Source: a virus (taxonomy: Duplodnaviria; Caudoviricetes). Taken from it: a stretch of 43,848 nucleotides of DNA. How positions within the stretch are numbered: position 1 is the stretch's first letter; every line of letters starts with the position of its first letter. The stretch is from IMG/VR virus record IMGVR_UViG_3300044724_010588, positions 1 through 43,848 of that record; one strand, given 5' to 3'. Positions 27,648 to 37,368 of the stretch are shown piece after piece. The position numbers and the translations under genes were made by a program. Under the pieces are notes generated by a model. The model worked only from the letters and a program-made list of their open reading frames with translations, searched no databases and was not told where the DNA came from.

Positions 27648-29019
27648 CTTACTAAAAGAAGATTTTGAGTTTATAGAAAAATTAGTAATGAAGAACTGCT
27701 TAGAAAATGAGCAGTTCCTCTCTATTACAATACCATACTTAAAAACAGATTTATTCTCTAATAAGCATAATAAACGTATAGTAGAATTACTTCAGAAGTA
27801 TTTTTCTAAGTTTAATAGAAAACCAACTTCTACAGAATTATTAGTATTTCTTAATAGTGATAAGCTCAAAGAAGCCTATTCAATAGTAAAGAATAATTCT
27901 GATAATATAACCGAAGAGATAGATTATAATACCCTTTTAGACCATACAGAGAGGTTCTTAAAGCTTCAAGGATTTCAAAATACATTACTTCAAATCGCCG
28001 AGAAATGGGACTCTGTTACTGATAAAGAGGATTTAGTTTCTTTTTATAATAATGTAGAGAAAATTATTGGTTATAGTTTAAGGAGTAGTGAAGGTCATAA
28101 TTACTTCGATGAATTAGAAACACATATTGATAATCTTCTCACTGAAACTAATCATTTGAGTACAGGGATTGAATGGCTAGATAATCTTTTAGGTGGTGGT
28201 TTCCTACAAGAAGGTAGGTCAATGTATATCTTTGCCGGTGAAACTAATGTAGGTAAATCTATATTCTTACACAATATGGCAGTTAATATTATGAAGCAAA
28301 ATAAGAAAGTTATTTTGTTTAGTTTAGAGATGTCTGAGCAAATGTATAATATTAGAATTACATCTACAATTTCTGAACTTGATAATAATACTCTGAAGGA
28401 TAATGTGGAGGGAATTAGAGACGGTGCTATGAGATTTAAAATGATGAGACCTGATGCTGGACTCATTGTCAAGGAATATCCACCTAATAGTGTTACACCT
28501 GCAATTCTTAAGACATATACTAAACAAATTATATCTACTAAAAAATTTAAACCTGATGCAATTGTTGTTGATTATTTGAATCTACTAACATCTGATGGTA
28601 ACAACTCTTATGAAAAAATAAAAAATATTAGTGAGCAGTTAAGAGCGCTATCATATGAGTTTCAATGTCCTGTTATTACAGCTACTCAACTCAATCGATC
28701 GGGCTATAATGGAGCTGGTTCTTCTTCCCAAGCTCAGGTATACGATCAACGAGGACCTGGTATGTCATCTGTTAGTGAGAGTTACGGTACAGGAGCTACC
28801 GCAGATGCTGTTGTTGGTTTATTTAGAACTGATCAAGATAAAGAAGACAATGCAATTCATGTAAACATAATGAAGAACCGTTTCGGTAATAATCACGGGG
28901 TTACTAGACTTGGAATGAATTACAGAACAATGACTGTCTTTGAAGATGAAGCTTTAAATGAAAATGATGAAGTAGGGGATATAGAGCTATCTGCTGGAGA
29001 ATACGGTGAAAAGGAGTAA
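27634..29019 (+). CDS. replicative DnaB-like helicase (gp41)
   Basis: STGIEWLD, GETNVGKS, SLEMSE, KEYP, VVDYLNL, TATQLNR, KNRFG. Confidence 0.93.
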   Translation: MPENNLLKEDFEFIEKLVMKNCLENEQFLSITIPYLKTDLFSNKHNKRIVELLQKYFSKFNRKPTSTELLVFLNSDKLKEAYSIVKNNSDNITEEIDYNTLLDHTERFLKLQGFQNTLLQIAEKWDSVTDKEDLVSFYNNVEKIIGYSLRSSEGHNYFDELETHIDNLLTETNHLSTGIEWLDNLLGGGFLQEGRSMYIFAGETNVGKSIFLHNMAVNIMKQNKKVILFSLEMSEQMYNIRITSTISELDNNTLKDNVEGIRDGAMRFKMMRPDAGLIVKEYPPNSVTPAILKTYTKQIISTKKFKPDAIVVDYLNLLTSDGNNSYEKIKNISEQLRALSYEFQCPVITATQLNRSGYNGAGSSSQAQVYDQRGPGMSSVSESYGTGATADAVVGLFRTDQDKEDNAIHVNIMKNRFGNNHGVTRLGMNYRTMTVFEDEALNENDEVGDIELSAGEYGEKE

Positions 29020-29029
29020 ATAAGTATAC

Positions 29030-29911
29030 ATGGATCGTTATATTGTCTTCACAGATTTTGATCTTGACGGGGCTGGGTGTTACCTAACATACAAGTGGTT
29101 TTTTCCTGATCAAGACACTGAGGTCATACCCCTTAAAGTTAGTAATTTGAGGGAAAAACTTCTAAGCTGGCTTAATAACAATAGCTTCGAGAGTTACAAG
29201 CGTATATACTTTTTTGATCTTGATACAACAGATATTGCTGACTTGATAGATAGACCAAATGTAGTTATCGTCGATCATCATGAAACTCATAAACAAGAAT
29301 ACAAGCAAGCTCAAACAAATATAGTAGTAACTACCTCTTGTTGTAAATTACTTTATAATCAGTTTAAGCAAAGTGAAATTGAATTAAATATTCCTCAAAT
29401 AAAATTATTATCTTTAATTGATGATTATGATAGTTATACATTAAAAGATCCTGATAGTTATAATCTTAATATCTTATTTTGGTATTTCAATTCTAATAGA
29501 CTTCAATTTTTTGCGGAAAGATTTAAAGATGGGTTTGATGGATTTACATCTCAAGAAAAAAATCTACTTAGATCGTATAGGAGAAAATTTAAAAAATATT
29601 ATAATGATTTAAGATTATATACTGCAGATATAGAGTTAAAGGGTAGTAGTTATACATTTATCAGTGGATTTGTTGATAAATATGTTAATGACGTAGCGCA
29701 TAATATATTAAATGATAATAAACAATGTCATATAGTTATGCTTGTAAATCCTGGTAATAAGAGAGTTTACTTTAGGAAACAAAATGAAGTAGATATTGAT
29801 TTGGGTAAGCTAGCTGCGAACCTATGTGAAGGTGGTGGTCATAAAAACGCAGCGGGTGGAGTATTAAACGATACTATAAAAATATTAAGTAAGGACTTTC
29901 AACCACTATGA
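29030..29911 (+). CDS. DHH/DHHA1 family phosphoesterase
   Basis: D.DLDG, DLD, VDHH, GGGH.NAAG; TAAATA at 29017-29022 upstream. Confidence 0.85.
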   Translation: MDRYIVFTDFDLDGAGCYLTYKWFFPDQDTEVIPLKVSNLREKLLSWLNNNSFESYKRIYFFDLDTTDIADLIDRPNVVIVDHHETHKQEYKQAQTNIVVTTSCCKLLYNQFKQSEIELNIPQIKLLSLIDDYDSYTLKDPDSYNLNILFWYFNSNRLQFFAERFKDGFDGFTSQEKNLLRSYRRKFKKYYNDLRLYTADIELKGSSYTFISGFVDKYVNDVAHNILNDNKQCHIVMLVNPGNKRVYFRKQNEVDIDLGKLAANLCEGGGHKNAAGGVLNDTIKILSKDFQPL

Positions 29912-30186
29912 CTGATCCGTATTCTATCCTAGAAAAGAAAGATAGTGATCATAAGTTTCTGTGTTTGTGTTCTTATATATCTATATGTGAAAACAAAAAG
30001 ATGAATCTCGCTAATGTATTACTATTAGCCTTAAAGGAGAAACAATATAAATGGATTTTTCTCAATATACTAGAAGTAGAAAATGAATTTGAGCTAGTAA
30101 AAATATTCTTGCAATATGACCCGTTTTTGTATAAAAGTAAATATATAACGAAATTTTTTAAAACATACGATAAGTACAGAAAATGA
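29908..30186 (+). CDS. hypothetical protein
   Basis: 92 aa, ATGA-coupled on both sides. Confidence 0.6.
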   Translation: MTDPYSILEKKDSDHKFLCLCSYISICENKKMNLANVLLLALKEKQYKWIFLNILEVENEFELVKIFLQYDPFLYKSKYITKFFKTYDKYRK

Positions 30187-30821
30187 GTCTGAGTTACCCG
30201 CAGCAAGTAATTTACAATACCCATCTTAAATCCTCAAGAGCAAATAAAGGCAGACCTTGGAGACCAAGAAAAGACTTCTCTAACTTTGATGAAGTAGATA
30301 AAAAGAAAATCTGTAAGATTGAAAATATCATAACCACTAAAAATATAGACTTAGAGGATTACTTTAATGCTCCTTATAAGTTATGGGAAGATGAGAGTTT
30401 TTATGATCTTAAGTTCTTCTCATCCTTTAAAGGTATTAAAGCGTACTATCTATGGTATACAAAATTAATGTTTACTGATCCTGATAATACAGTAATCGTT
30501 AATGCTGTAAAAGTTGGTTGGAAAAATATTTTTGATAAATGTAAGAAACATAAATTTACTTCTATAGATGATTATTTTAATCTGAGATCTTACTATCCTG
30601 AATTTTTAGTTGATTTAAGTGAGAGAAAAATTACTTATTTTAACATACTTGCTGCTAGGGATTACAGCAAGATAATAAAAAGAATCCCTAAAGAAGAAGT
30701 TGACTTTATTGAAAACGACTTCTATAATACTATTGAAACGTTGAGAGCTAGGTATTATCAATCGAAGCTCAAGACATTAAATATAAACATAAAAAATAAA
30801 CTAAATAAAATACTAAGATAA
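30183..30821 (+). CDS. hypothetical protein, possibly gp59-like helicase loader
   Basis: Size and position immediately before gp32 as in T4; basic and helical; no diagnostic motif. Confidence 0.4.
   Translation: MSLSYPQQVIYNTHLKSSRANKGRPWRPRKDFSNFDEVDKKKICKIENIITTKNIDLEDYFNAPYKLWEDESFYDLKFFSSFKGIKAYYLWYTKLMFTDPDNTVIVNAVKVGWKNIFDKCKKHKFTSIDDYFNLRSYYPEFLVDLSERKITYFNILAARDYSKIIKRIPKEEVDFIENDFYNTIETLRARYYQSKLKTLNINIKNKLNKILR
30700..30728 (+). promoter_or_regulatory. internal sigma70-like promoter TTGACT-17-TATAAT upstream of the SSB gene
   Basis: Near-consensus boxes about 96 nt before the gp32 ATG. Confidence 0.55.
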
Positions 30822-30824
30822 ATT

Positions 30825-31685
30825 ATGTCAGCATATAATCAAGAAATGTTCGCTAAAATTAGCGAGGCGATGAAAACAACTACCAGTCAAACTTCAAACT
30901 TTGGTAATATCCTTCGTTTGAAACCGGGTAACACATATACACTGAGGCTACTACCTAATGTAGAAAATCCTTCGAAAACATTATTCCATTATTATTTTCA
31001 TGGTTGGAATAGTCTTGCGACAGGTCAATATACCAGTGCAATTAGTCCTAGTACATGGGATGAGAGAGATCCTATCAGTGAAGCGAAGTTCAAACTTAGC
31101 AAGCATGGTAGTGAGCAAGAAAAAGAAGATGCACGACTTCTTACTAGGAGAGAGAATTGGCTTATGAATGTATATGTTGTCAATGATCCAACAGATGGGG
31201 AGAATAACGGTAAGAATAAACTCTTACGCTTTGGTAAGCAATTGCATAAGATTATTATGGCTGCTATTGAAGGAGAAGATTCCGATGAGTTTGGTTCTAG
31301 GGTATTCGATTTATCAGCTGATGGATGTAGTCTGAAAGTAAAAGTTGAAGAACAAGGTGGTTATTCTACTTATGTAAGTTCTCGATTTGCATCTCCTCAA
31401 AAGATTCCGGGCCTAGTAGATGAAGAATCTATTAATGCAGTTTACAAGAACATCTATGATCTTGAGAATGTATTCCCGGTTAAGAGCTATGATGAACTTA
31501 AAGATATGCTTAATGAGCATTTCTTCTGCAAAGACCCTGAAGATGTAGAGGAAGAGACCTCAGAGCCAGATCCAGTGATTAAATCTACTCCTACTAAAGC
31601 AACTAAAGTAGAAGAAGATGATGATGTAAGTTATGAAGATGATGATGATAAAGTCAAAGATATTCTTGCATCAATGGATCTCTAA
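30825..31685 (+). CDS. single-stranded DNA-binding protein (gp32-like)
   Basis: RLLP, HGW, DPISE, NVYVVNDP...ENNGK..FGK, FD..G, Y..S.F, acidic C-terminal tail. Confidence 0.9.
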   Translation: MSAYNQEMFAKISEAMKTTTSQTSNFGNILRLKPGNTYTLRLLPNVENPSKTLFHYYFHGWNSLATGQYTSAISPSTWDERDPISEAKFKLSKHGSEQEKEDARLLTRRENWLMNVYVVNDPTDGENNGKNKLLRFGKQLHKIIMAAIEGEDSDEFGSRVFDLSADGCSLKVKVEEQGGYSTYVSSRFASPQKIPGLVDEESINAVYKNIYDLENVFPVKSYDELKDMLNEHFFCKDPEDVEEETSEPDPVIKSTPTKATKVEEDDDVSYEDDDDKVKDILASMDL

Positions 31686-31694
31686 ACTTAAAAA

Positions 31695-31702
31695 TATAAA
31701 TA
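31695..31702 (+). promoter_or_regulatory. canonical T4 late promoter TATAAATA
   Basis: Exact match directly after the gp32 stop. Confidence 0.55.
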
Positions 31703-31708
31703 AAGTAT

Positions 31709-31736
31709 GGCCTAGTGTAATAGCTAGGCCTTTTTT
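31709..31736 (+). terminator. Rho-independent terminator after gp32
   Basis: GGCCTAG-tgtaatag-CTAGGCC followed by TTTTTT. Confidence 0.8.
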
Positions 31737-31743
31737 AAAAATT

Positions 31744-32106
31744 ATGGACCCAGTAAAGCAACTTATTCATCAGTTAAATGCTGATGCAAACAGAGTTAAT
31801 AAAGCAATTGTACAACATTCAAGTACGATGAATCCAGTCCCGATGGATAAAACAATTTATCAACCAACACAGCAACCTGTAGTACAGCAACCAATACAGA
31901 ATAGCCCTGTAGCTCCAGTACAACAACCAGTTTCTCAGCCGTTAGTAGACGAGAGGGTTACAAAGGAGTTTATCGATCGTTTAACGAGTGTAGAAAAGAA
32001 AATTGATAGGTTTTTCAATCTTATAGAAAAAAGAGTTGTAAAAAACGCGAAAGAAGTTAACATTAGAATAAAGCTAAATGAAAATTCTAATACCGAACAA
32101 GAGTAA
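31744..32106 (+). CDS. hypothetical protein with Gln/Pro-rich linker
   Basis: Likely start MDPVKQ at 31744; the longer 31633 start overlaps gp32 and crosses the terminator. Confidence 0.6.
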   Translation: MDPVKQLIHQLNADANRVNKAIVQHSSTMNPVPMDKTIYQPTQQPVVQQPIQNSPVAPVQQPVSQPLVDERVTKEFIDRLTSVEKKIDRFFNLIEKRVVKNAKEVNIRIKLNENSNTEQE

Positions 32107-32818
32107 TTTTATTCGTGCATTTCTATCTCCTATAAGTAAGATAGATAATACCCCTGACATTAAAGTAGGAGATAATGAACTTACTTGCTTTGTGGATAGA
32201 GGTTCAGATGTATTTTTATTTACTAAGTATACCTGTAGCGTTATTGAGTCGGATTTAGATAATTTTGTTTTACCTGATGCTAATAAACTAATAAAAGCTC
32301 TACAATGTTCTGATGGAGATGAGATTGGTCTTAATATTGAAAGTAATTATATTAAGTACAAGAATAAAAACTTTAAGTTTAAGTATTTTCTTTTTGATAG
32401 AAGTATTAAGAAAAGTAATGATCATGCGTTCAATCAGCTTCAGCAATTACAGGAATCTTATAATACTAAATTTACTATATGTAAAGATGATCTTAAGAGG
32501 ATTCTTAAGACATTACCTCTCTTAACGGAGTCTAGTAAGCTGTATTTATATACTGAAGATAGTGTAGTGTTTGGGGATCTATGTGATAAGAAACTACAGA
32601 ACACGGATATTTTTACTACTATTATAAGTAATAAGTTTACTGGTGAACATGTAGTTAAAGATTCTATTATAGTTAACTTAGAATTATTCCGAATGTTAAA
32701 CGCGTTGAACTTCGAAACTGCAGATGTATATATTAATAGCAAATATAAGGTAGTTAATATTAGATGCGATGTTGATAAGGCTACTTTAAATTATGTAGTA
32801 TCTAGTCATAAGAGTTAA
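32078..32818 (+). CDS. sliding clamp (gp45/PCNA-like)
   Basis: 246 aa with two-domain alpha/beta periodicity (LPDANKLIKAL..., FTICKDDLKRI..., LNYVVS); replication context. Confidence 0.65.
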   Translation: MKILIPNKSNFIRAFLSPISKIDNTPDIKVGDNELTCFVDRGSDVFLFTKYTCSVIESDLDNFVLPDANKLIKALQCSDGDEIGLNIESNYIKYKNKNFKFKYFLFDRSIKKSNDHAFNQLQQLQESYNTKFTICKDDLKRILKTLPLLTESSKLYLYTEDSVVFGDLCDKKLQNTDIFTTIISNKFTGEHVVKDSIIVNLELFRMLNALNFETADVYINSKYKVVNIRCDVDKATLNYVVSSHKS

Positions 32819-33135
32819 TGAAGAACAAAGTTACAACCTGTGGGTATTTTCTTAAGAGGATACGAGACAATGGTTATTACTCTTTTAGAATCTTTAATGA
32901 TTATGGTTCATCGGACCCGAGGAGGTGGACTATAATCATTAATCCTGGTGCTGAGTCTGTCTTTGTTACTTGCTTCTTTAATAAAGATTTTAATAATGAT
33001 TTAATGTTTGAATTTAATGATGGTGGTAATTATTTTCCTAAAAACTTTCAATTGAAGACAGATAGTATGGAAGTTATAGTTACTCACCTTATTGAACGAA
33101 AAATAAACCCAACCGAAAATGGCCAAAAAATCTGA
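32818..33135 (+). CDS. hypothetical protein
   Basis: 105 aa, TAATG-coupled to the upstream gene. Confidence 0.6.
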   Translation: MKNKVTTCGYFLKRIRDNGYYSFRIFNDYGSSDPRRWTIIINPGAESVFVTCFFNKDFNNDLMFEFNDGGNYFPKNFQLKTDSMEVIVTHLIERKINPTENGQKI

Positions 33136-33385
33136 TTTTAATGATATACTCAATGCGGTAGAAAAAAATAATACTGCAGGCTTAGATATATTACAAAACT
33201 ATATAGGGGAATATCTTAAAGCATATTTTGTTGTAGGATATGATAGTAATGGAGATAGTGTTCTTATCGTTAATGGAAAAACCGAGCAAGATTTTGACTC
33301 CATAGAATGCCTTATTAATAGGTTTGGTCATTTAAAATTTCAGCCTAGTGATCAAGAACAAAAAAACGACGGTGATGAACAGTAA
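33119..33385 (+). CDS. hypothetical protein
   Basis: 88 aa, overlapping both neighbours. Confidence 0.55.
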   Translation: MAKKSDFNDILNAVEKNNTAGLDILQNYIGEYLKAYFVVGYDSNGDSVLIVNGKTEQDFDSIECLINRFGHLKFQPSDQEQKNDGDEQ

Positions 33386-34259
33386 AATATTAATTATCGG
33401 TAACGGCTTTGTGGGTTCGAAACTTACAGAGCATTTAAAAACAAATAACGAATTTATTGTGCAGCAAGTTAGTGAGTTGAAATACTTCCATCCTGCTTCC
33501 TTTAATAATTCCTTAAATTCTACATTTGCATCTTTCTTACCTAACTATGTAATCAATTGTGTTGGATATACTGGTACACCAAACGTTGATGGTTGTGAAG
33601 ATAATAAAGCTGATGCATTCCACCTAAATGTAAATGTACCTACAACAATTGCAAATTTATGTGTAGACTACAGTGCTCGATTAATTAATATTAGCTCTGG
33701 CTGTGTGTATGATGGATACGAAAAAGTATTCACTGAAGAAGATGAACCTAATTACGGTCTCACTAATCCTGATTCAAGTTGGTATAGTAAGACAAAGCAT
33801 GCATGTGAGTTAGCTCTTAAAAATTATTCTAATGTTTATAATTTTCGTATTAGAATGCCTGTTACTGGTAATATATCCGAGTCTAAAAATTATCTGACAA
33901 AAATTCTTAAATACAACAACCTAATTGATTTTACTAACTCTAAGACTGTTGTTAGTGATTTACTTAATTTTGTAGCAAGCTTTATTAATAGAGATAGGCA
34001 CGTAGGTGGATTCCCAGCTGGTAACTATAATATAGTAAATCCAGATCCACTTAACACTAAACAGATTGTAGATATACTTGATGATTTTAATCTATGGAAT
34101 CCTAATTGGAATTGGATTGAGTTAGATGAGTTATATAAGAGTACATCTTGTAAGAGATCGAATTGCGTGCTTGATCCATCATACGCAATGGAAACAACTG
34201 GCTTTGTAATACCTACAGAAGAATCATCAATTAGAAAAGCTTTAGAGAGACATGCTTGA
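33375..34259 (+). CDS. rmlD: dTDP-4-dehydrorhamnose reductase-like SDR
   Basis: ILIIGNGFVG, INCVGYTG.PNVD.CE, ISSGCVY, YSKTK. Likely start ATG 33375. Confidence 0.75.
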   Translation: MNSKILIIGNGFVGSKLTEHLKTNNEFIVQQVSELKYFHPASFNNSLNSTFASFLPNYVINCVGYTGTPNVDGCEDNKADAFHLNVNVPTTIANLCVDYSARLINISSGCVYDGYEKVFTEEDEPNYGLTNPDSSWYSKTKHACELALKNYSNVYNFRIRMPVTGNISESKNYLTKILKYNNLIDFTNSKTVVSDLLNFVASFINRDRHVGGFPAGNYNIVNPDPLNTKQIVDILDDFNLWNPNWNWIELDELYKSTSCKRSNCVLDPSYAMETTGFVIPTEESSIRKALERHA

Positions 34260-35283
34260 AAATAAAAAAATTCTTGTTACAGGTGGCTTAGGGTTTATTG
34301 GCTCTCATTTTGTTGAGTTACTACTCGATAAATGTAGTGGTTGTATAATTGACATTATAGATATTAAAGACTATTGTGTTAGTAATAAGACAGAGGATCT
34401 ACTAATTGATAAAGCCGGTAACACAACTAACCATCTTGATATCGTTCAGGGCAGTATTGTAGATTGTGTGCTTAGTGAGAGTTATGATTACATAGTTAAC
34501 TTCGCTGCGCAATCTCATGTTGATAGGAGCATTGAAGATGGTAATGATTTTGTAATGACTAATGTTGTAGGTACTCATAATTTACTCAATCAATTTAAAG
34601 GCACTAGATTTGTACAGATTGGTACTGATGAAGTATACGGTTCATTAAGTTATAATGAAAAACCATCTTTAGAGAAAGATTTATTAAAGCCTAGTTCTGT
34701 GTATTCGTCAAGTAAAGCAGCTGCCGATTTAATAGCTTTATCTTTTCATACAACCCATAAAAAAGACGTTGTAGTTACAAGGTGCTGTAATAATTTCGGT
34801 CCTAGACAGTTTCCAGAGAAGCTAATTCCTGTAGTTATTAATAAACTTCTCTCAGAAGAGAAAGTTCCTGTTTATGGAGATGGTACAAATACTAGGCAAT
34901 GGATATTTGTTAAAGATCATTGTCAGCAAGTTTATGACGCTCTGTTATATGGTAAGGCAGGAGAGATCTATAATATAGAGCCTGATTATAATAAAAATAG
35001 CGAAATTAATAATAATAATATCGTACATATGATTATATCAGCAGTTAAGCTAAACAGAAATTATGACTCGCATATCAAATATGTAGAAGATCGCAAAGGT
35101 CATGATTTCAGATATTCTCTCAATGGAAAAAAACTAAAATACTTAGTTGATAGTTCGAGACAACACCAGTATGGATTACCTTATTTAGAGAAAACTATTG
35201 AAAGGGATTTAGATTATACTATAATGTGGTATAAGAAAAATCAAAACTGGTGGAATGAGAACATTACTGATCGACGGAAATAA
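34252..35283 (+). CDS. rmlB: dTDP-glucose 4,6-dehydratase
   Basis: VTGGLGFIGSHF, NFAAQSHVDRSI, TDEVYG, YSSSKAA, RCCNNFGPRQFPEKLIP, DRKGHDFRY. Confidence 0.93.
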   Translation: MLENKKILVTGGLGFIGSHFVELLLDKCSGCIIDIIDIKDYCVSNKTEDLLIDKAGNTTNHLDIVQGSIVDCVLSESYDYIVNFAAQSHVDRSIEDGNDFVMTNVVGTHNLLNQFKGTRFVQIGTDEVYGSLSYNEKPSLEKDLLKPSSVYSSSKAAADLIALSFHTTHKKDVVVTRCCNNFGPRQFPEKLIPVVINKLLSEEKVPVYGDGTNTRQWIFVKDHCQQVYDALLYGKAGEIYNIEPDYNKNSEINNNNIVHMIISAVKLNRNYDSHIKYVEDRKGHDFRYSLNGKKLKYLVDSSRQHQYGLPYLEKTIERDLDYTIMWYKKNQNWWNENITDRRK

Positions 35284-36202
35284 TTTGCTATATAGGACCT
35301 TTTGGGCTGCTAACTATAAAGCGAAAAATCAAGACCCAGGGAATATAGCTGCAACATATATATTTCTTAGAACTCTTAAATCATACGCGGATAAGTTTTC
35401 TCCTTGGGATAAAATTTATTGCGTTTGGGATAAAAGATTAGCCTACCCTGAGAGTAATTTTCGCGCAGAAATTTGCGATACTGAATACAAAGGTGGTCGA
35501 GGAGACGAGAAGTTTAAAAATGTTTTTGAAAGTCTAGAAAAAATTCTACCTCTAATTGAAGATCTAGGTATCTATAATTTTTATCCTCATCGTATGGAAG
35601 CAGATGATGCAATTTCTTGGCTTTCAGAAAATGTAGATGGAGAAAAAATTATTATTACGACTGATAAAGACATGCTTCAGTTAATCAGTGAAGATATTAC
35701 TGTATACAATACCAATACTAAGAGTATCATAGATCTTCAAAATTTCGAAGAAGTAACTAAGATCAATAACCCAAAAAATTATCTAATGTTTAGATGTTTT
35801 ACTGGTGATAAATCAGATAACATACCTGGTATTCCTAAAGTTGGTATAAAAACATACCTCAAGCTCACAAAAGACTGGGATTATAATCTTGATAATGTTA
35901 ATATTAACAAAGACCAAAGAGCTATTGTGGAGAGAAATAAACGTTTGATGGATTTAAAATATGGATTCAATTATTATGAAGAAGAGACTGTTACTTATAG
36001 GGCTCAATATTATAATAATCAAAACAAGATAGAACCAAACTATGATAACTTTTCTTTAAAGTGCGAAAAAGAAGGCCTTAAATCTATATGCGAAAATATA
36101 CAACAATGGAAGCATACCTTCTCACCAAAGAAGAATAATATTTTAAATATCATAAATAACATTAAAGAAAGATATTACAAAGATGAACATCAATCAACCT
36201 AA
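35255..36202 (+). CDS. T4 RNase H-like 5'-3' exonuclease/flap nuclease
   Basis: LIDGNNL, YKGGR, EADD, DKDMLQL, GDKSDNIPGI. Confidence 0.92.
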   Translation: MRTLLIDGNNLLYRTFWAANYKAKNQDPGNIAATYIFLRTLKSYADKFSPWDKIYCVWDKRLAYPESNFRAEICDTEYKGGRGDEKFKNVFESLEKILPLIEDLGIYNFYPHRMEADDAISWLSENVDGEKIIITTDKDMLQLISEDITVYNTNTKSIIDLQNFEEVTKINNPKNYLMFRCFTGDKSDNIPGIPKVGIKTYLKLTKDWDYNLDNVNINKDQRAIVERNKRLMDLKYGFNYYEEETVTYRAQYYNNQNKIEPNYDNFSLKCEKEGLKSICENIQQWKHTFSPKKNNILNIINNIKERYYKDEHQST

Positions 36203-36377
36203 AACGATACAATCCCCGTGGTCAGGAGCTACAGTAAGACCTCAAATTAGAGAAACCAGAGTAGGTAACGAAATTCGAGTAGAAGCTCACTACACTTGCC
36301 CTTCTACTGGTAGGTTCATTACTAAGATAGTAGTAGAAACAAGAAAAGCAGATGCTGGACCAGGTAATACCCGATAG
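36183..36377 (+). CDS. small hypothetical protein
   Basis: 64 aa overlapping the RNase H and primase genes. Confidence 0.55.
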   Translation: MNINQPKTIQSPWSGATVRPQIRETRVGNEIRVEAHYTCPSTGRFITKIVVETRKADAGPGNTR

Positions 36378-37368
36378 CTATATCATAGAAAAATTCTATG
36401 AGAACGCTGGCTACCCGCGTTATAAAAAAACCACCAACATTTATGAAGGTGGTTGTCCTTTGTGTAGAGAAGGTAAGTCGTGGGGCAGGAAAAGACGTCT
36501 TTATTATATTGTAAAAGACAATTCTGTCTTCTGTCATAATTGCGGGTGGTCTGGTAGTCCATTAAAATGGATTGCTGAAGTTGAGGGTATAAATCAATTC
36601 CAAGTTATTAAAGAAGCAAAAAGCGCTGACCACACATTTATACCTAGAGACGTAGAGATCGAGAAAGATAGTAATACAGATACTCTTCCCGGTGATTGTA
36701 TAAACCTATCAGATAAAGCTCAGACAGCGTTTTACTCAAGAGATGATAAAGTTACTAGTGCTTTAAATTATATTAAAGAGAGACGTTTAGATACAGCGAT
36801 CAATAGGCCTAAGACTATATGGTATTGTAAGGATGACTATATACATAAAGATAGAGTTATTATACCATTTTATAGTGGTAGAGATATAATTTTCTATCAA
36901 AGTAGAAAGCTATTCGAAAAAGATAGTAAACCGAAATACTTGTCAAAGTTAAACGCTGAAAAATCTGTATTTAATTTTGACAATATCACATCAGATCTAG
37001 ATACGATATTTATTTTTGAAGGACCTATAGATTCATTTTTCGTTAAAAACGGTGTTGCGGTAGGTGGAATTCAGAGTACATCTAAAAATACCTTTACCGA
37101 ATTACAACAATCCCAAATTAATGAATGCGCGTTTTATAAAAAAATATGGGTACTAGATAATCAACATATAGATGAATCAGCTAAGAAAAAAACCGAGATA
37201 CTATTAAAAGAAGGACATACCTGTTTCATTTGGCCGAAAAAATTAAAGATATTTAAAGACTTTAATGATATATGTATAAAAGGTGGGCGAGATGAAATTA
37301 CCTCGCCCTTTATTATGAGTAATAGTTACAAGGGAGTCGAAGGCCTTGTAAAGTTAAACTTACTTTAA
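36352..37368 (+). CDS. DNA primase (gp61-like)
   Basis: Zinc finger CPLC..CHNC, IIPF..YQSR..KY, TOPRIM FEGPIDS, LDN, KDFND. Confidence 0.92.
   Translation: MLDQVIPDSYIIEKFYENAGYPRYKKTTNIYEGGCPLCREGKSWGRKRRLYYIVKDNSVFCHNCGWSGSPLKWIAEVEGINQFQVIKEAKSADHTFIPRDVEIEKDSNTDTLPGDCINLSDKAQTAFYSRDDKVTSALNYIKERRLDTAINRPKTIWYCKDDYIHKDRVIIPFYSGRDIIFYQSRKLFEKDSKPKYLSKLNAEKSVFNFDNITSDLDTIFIFEGPIDSFFVKNGVAVGGIQSTSKNTFTELQQSQINECAFYKKIWVLDNQHIDESAKKKTEILLKEGHTCFIWPKKLKIFKDFNDICIKGGRDEITSPFIMSNSYKGVEGLVKLNLL

Noticed and set aside
31709-31730. TAGTGTAATAG resembling a tRNA D-arm
   Set aside because: No anticodon arm, T-arm or acceptor stem; explained as a terminator hairpin.
31633-31743. N-terminal extension of the 157-aa ORF
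   Set aside because: It overlaps the gp32 acidic tail and crosses a terminator; ATG 31744 is more plausible.
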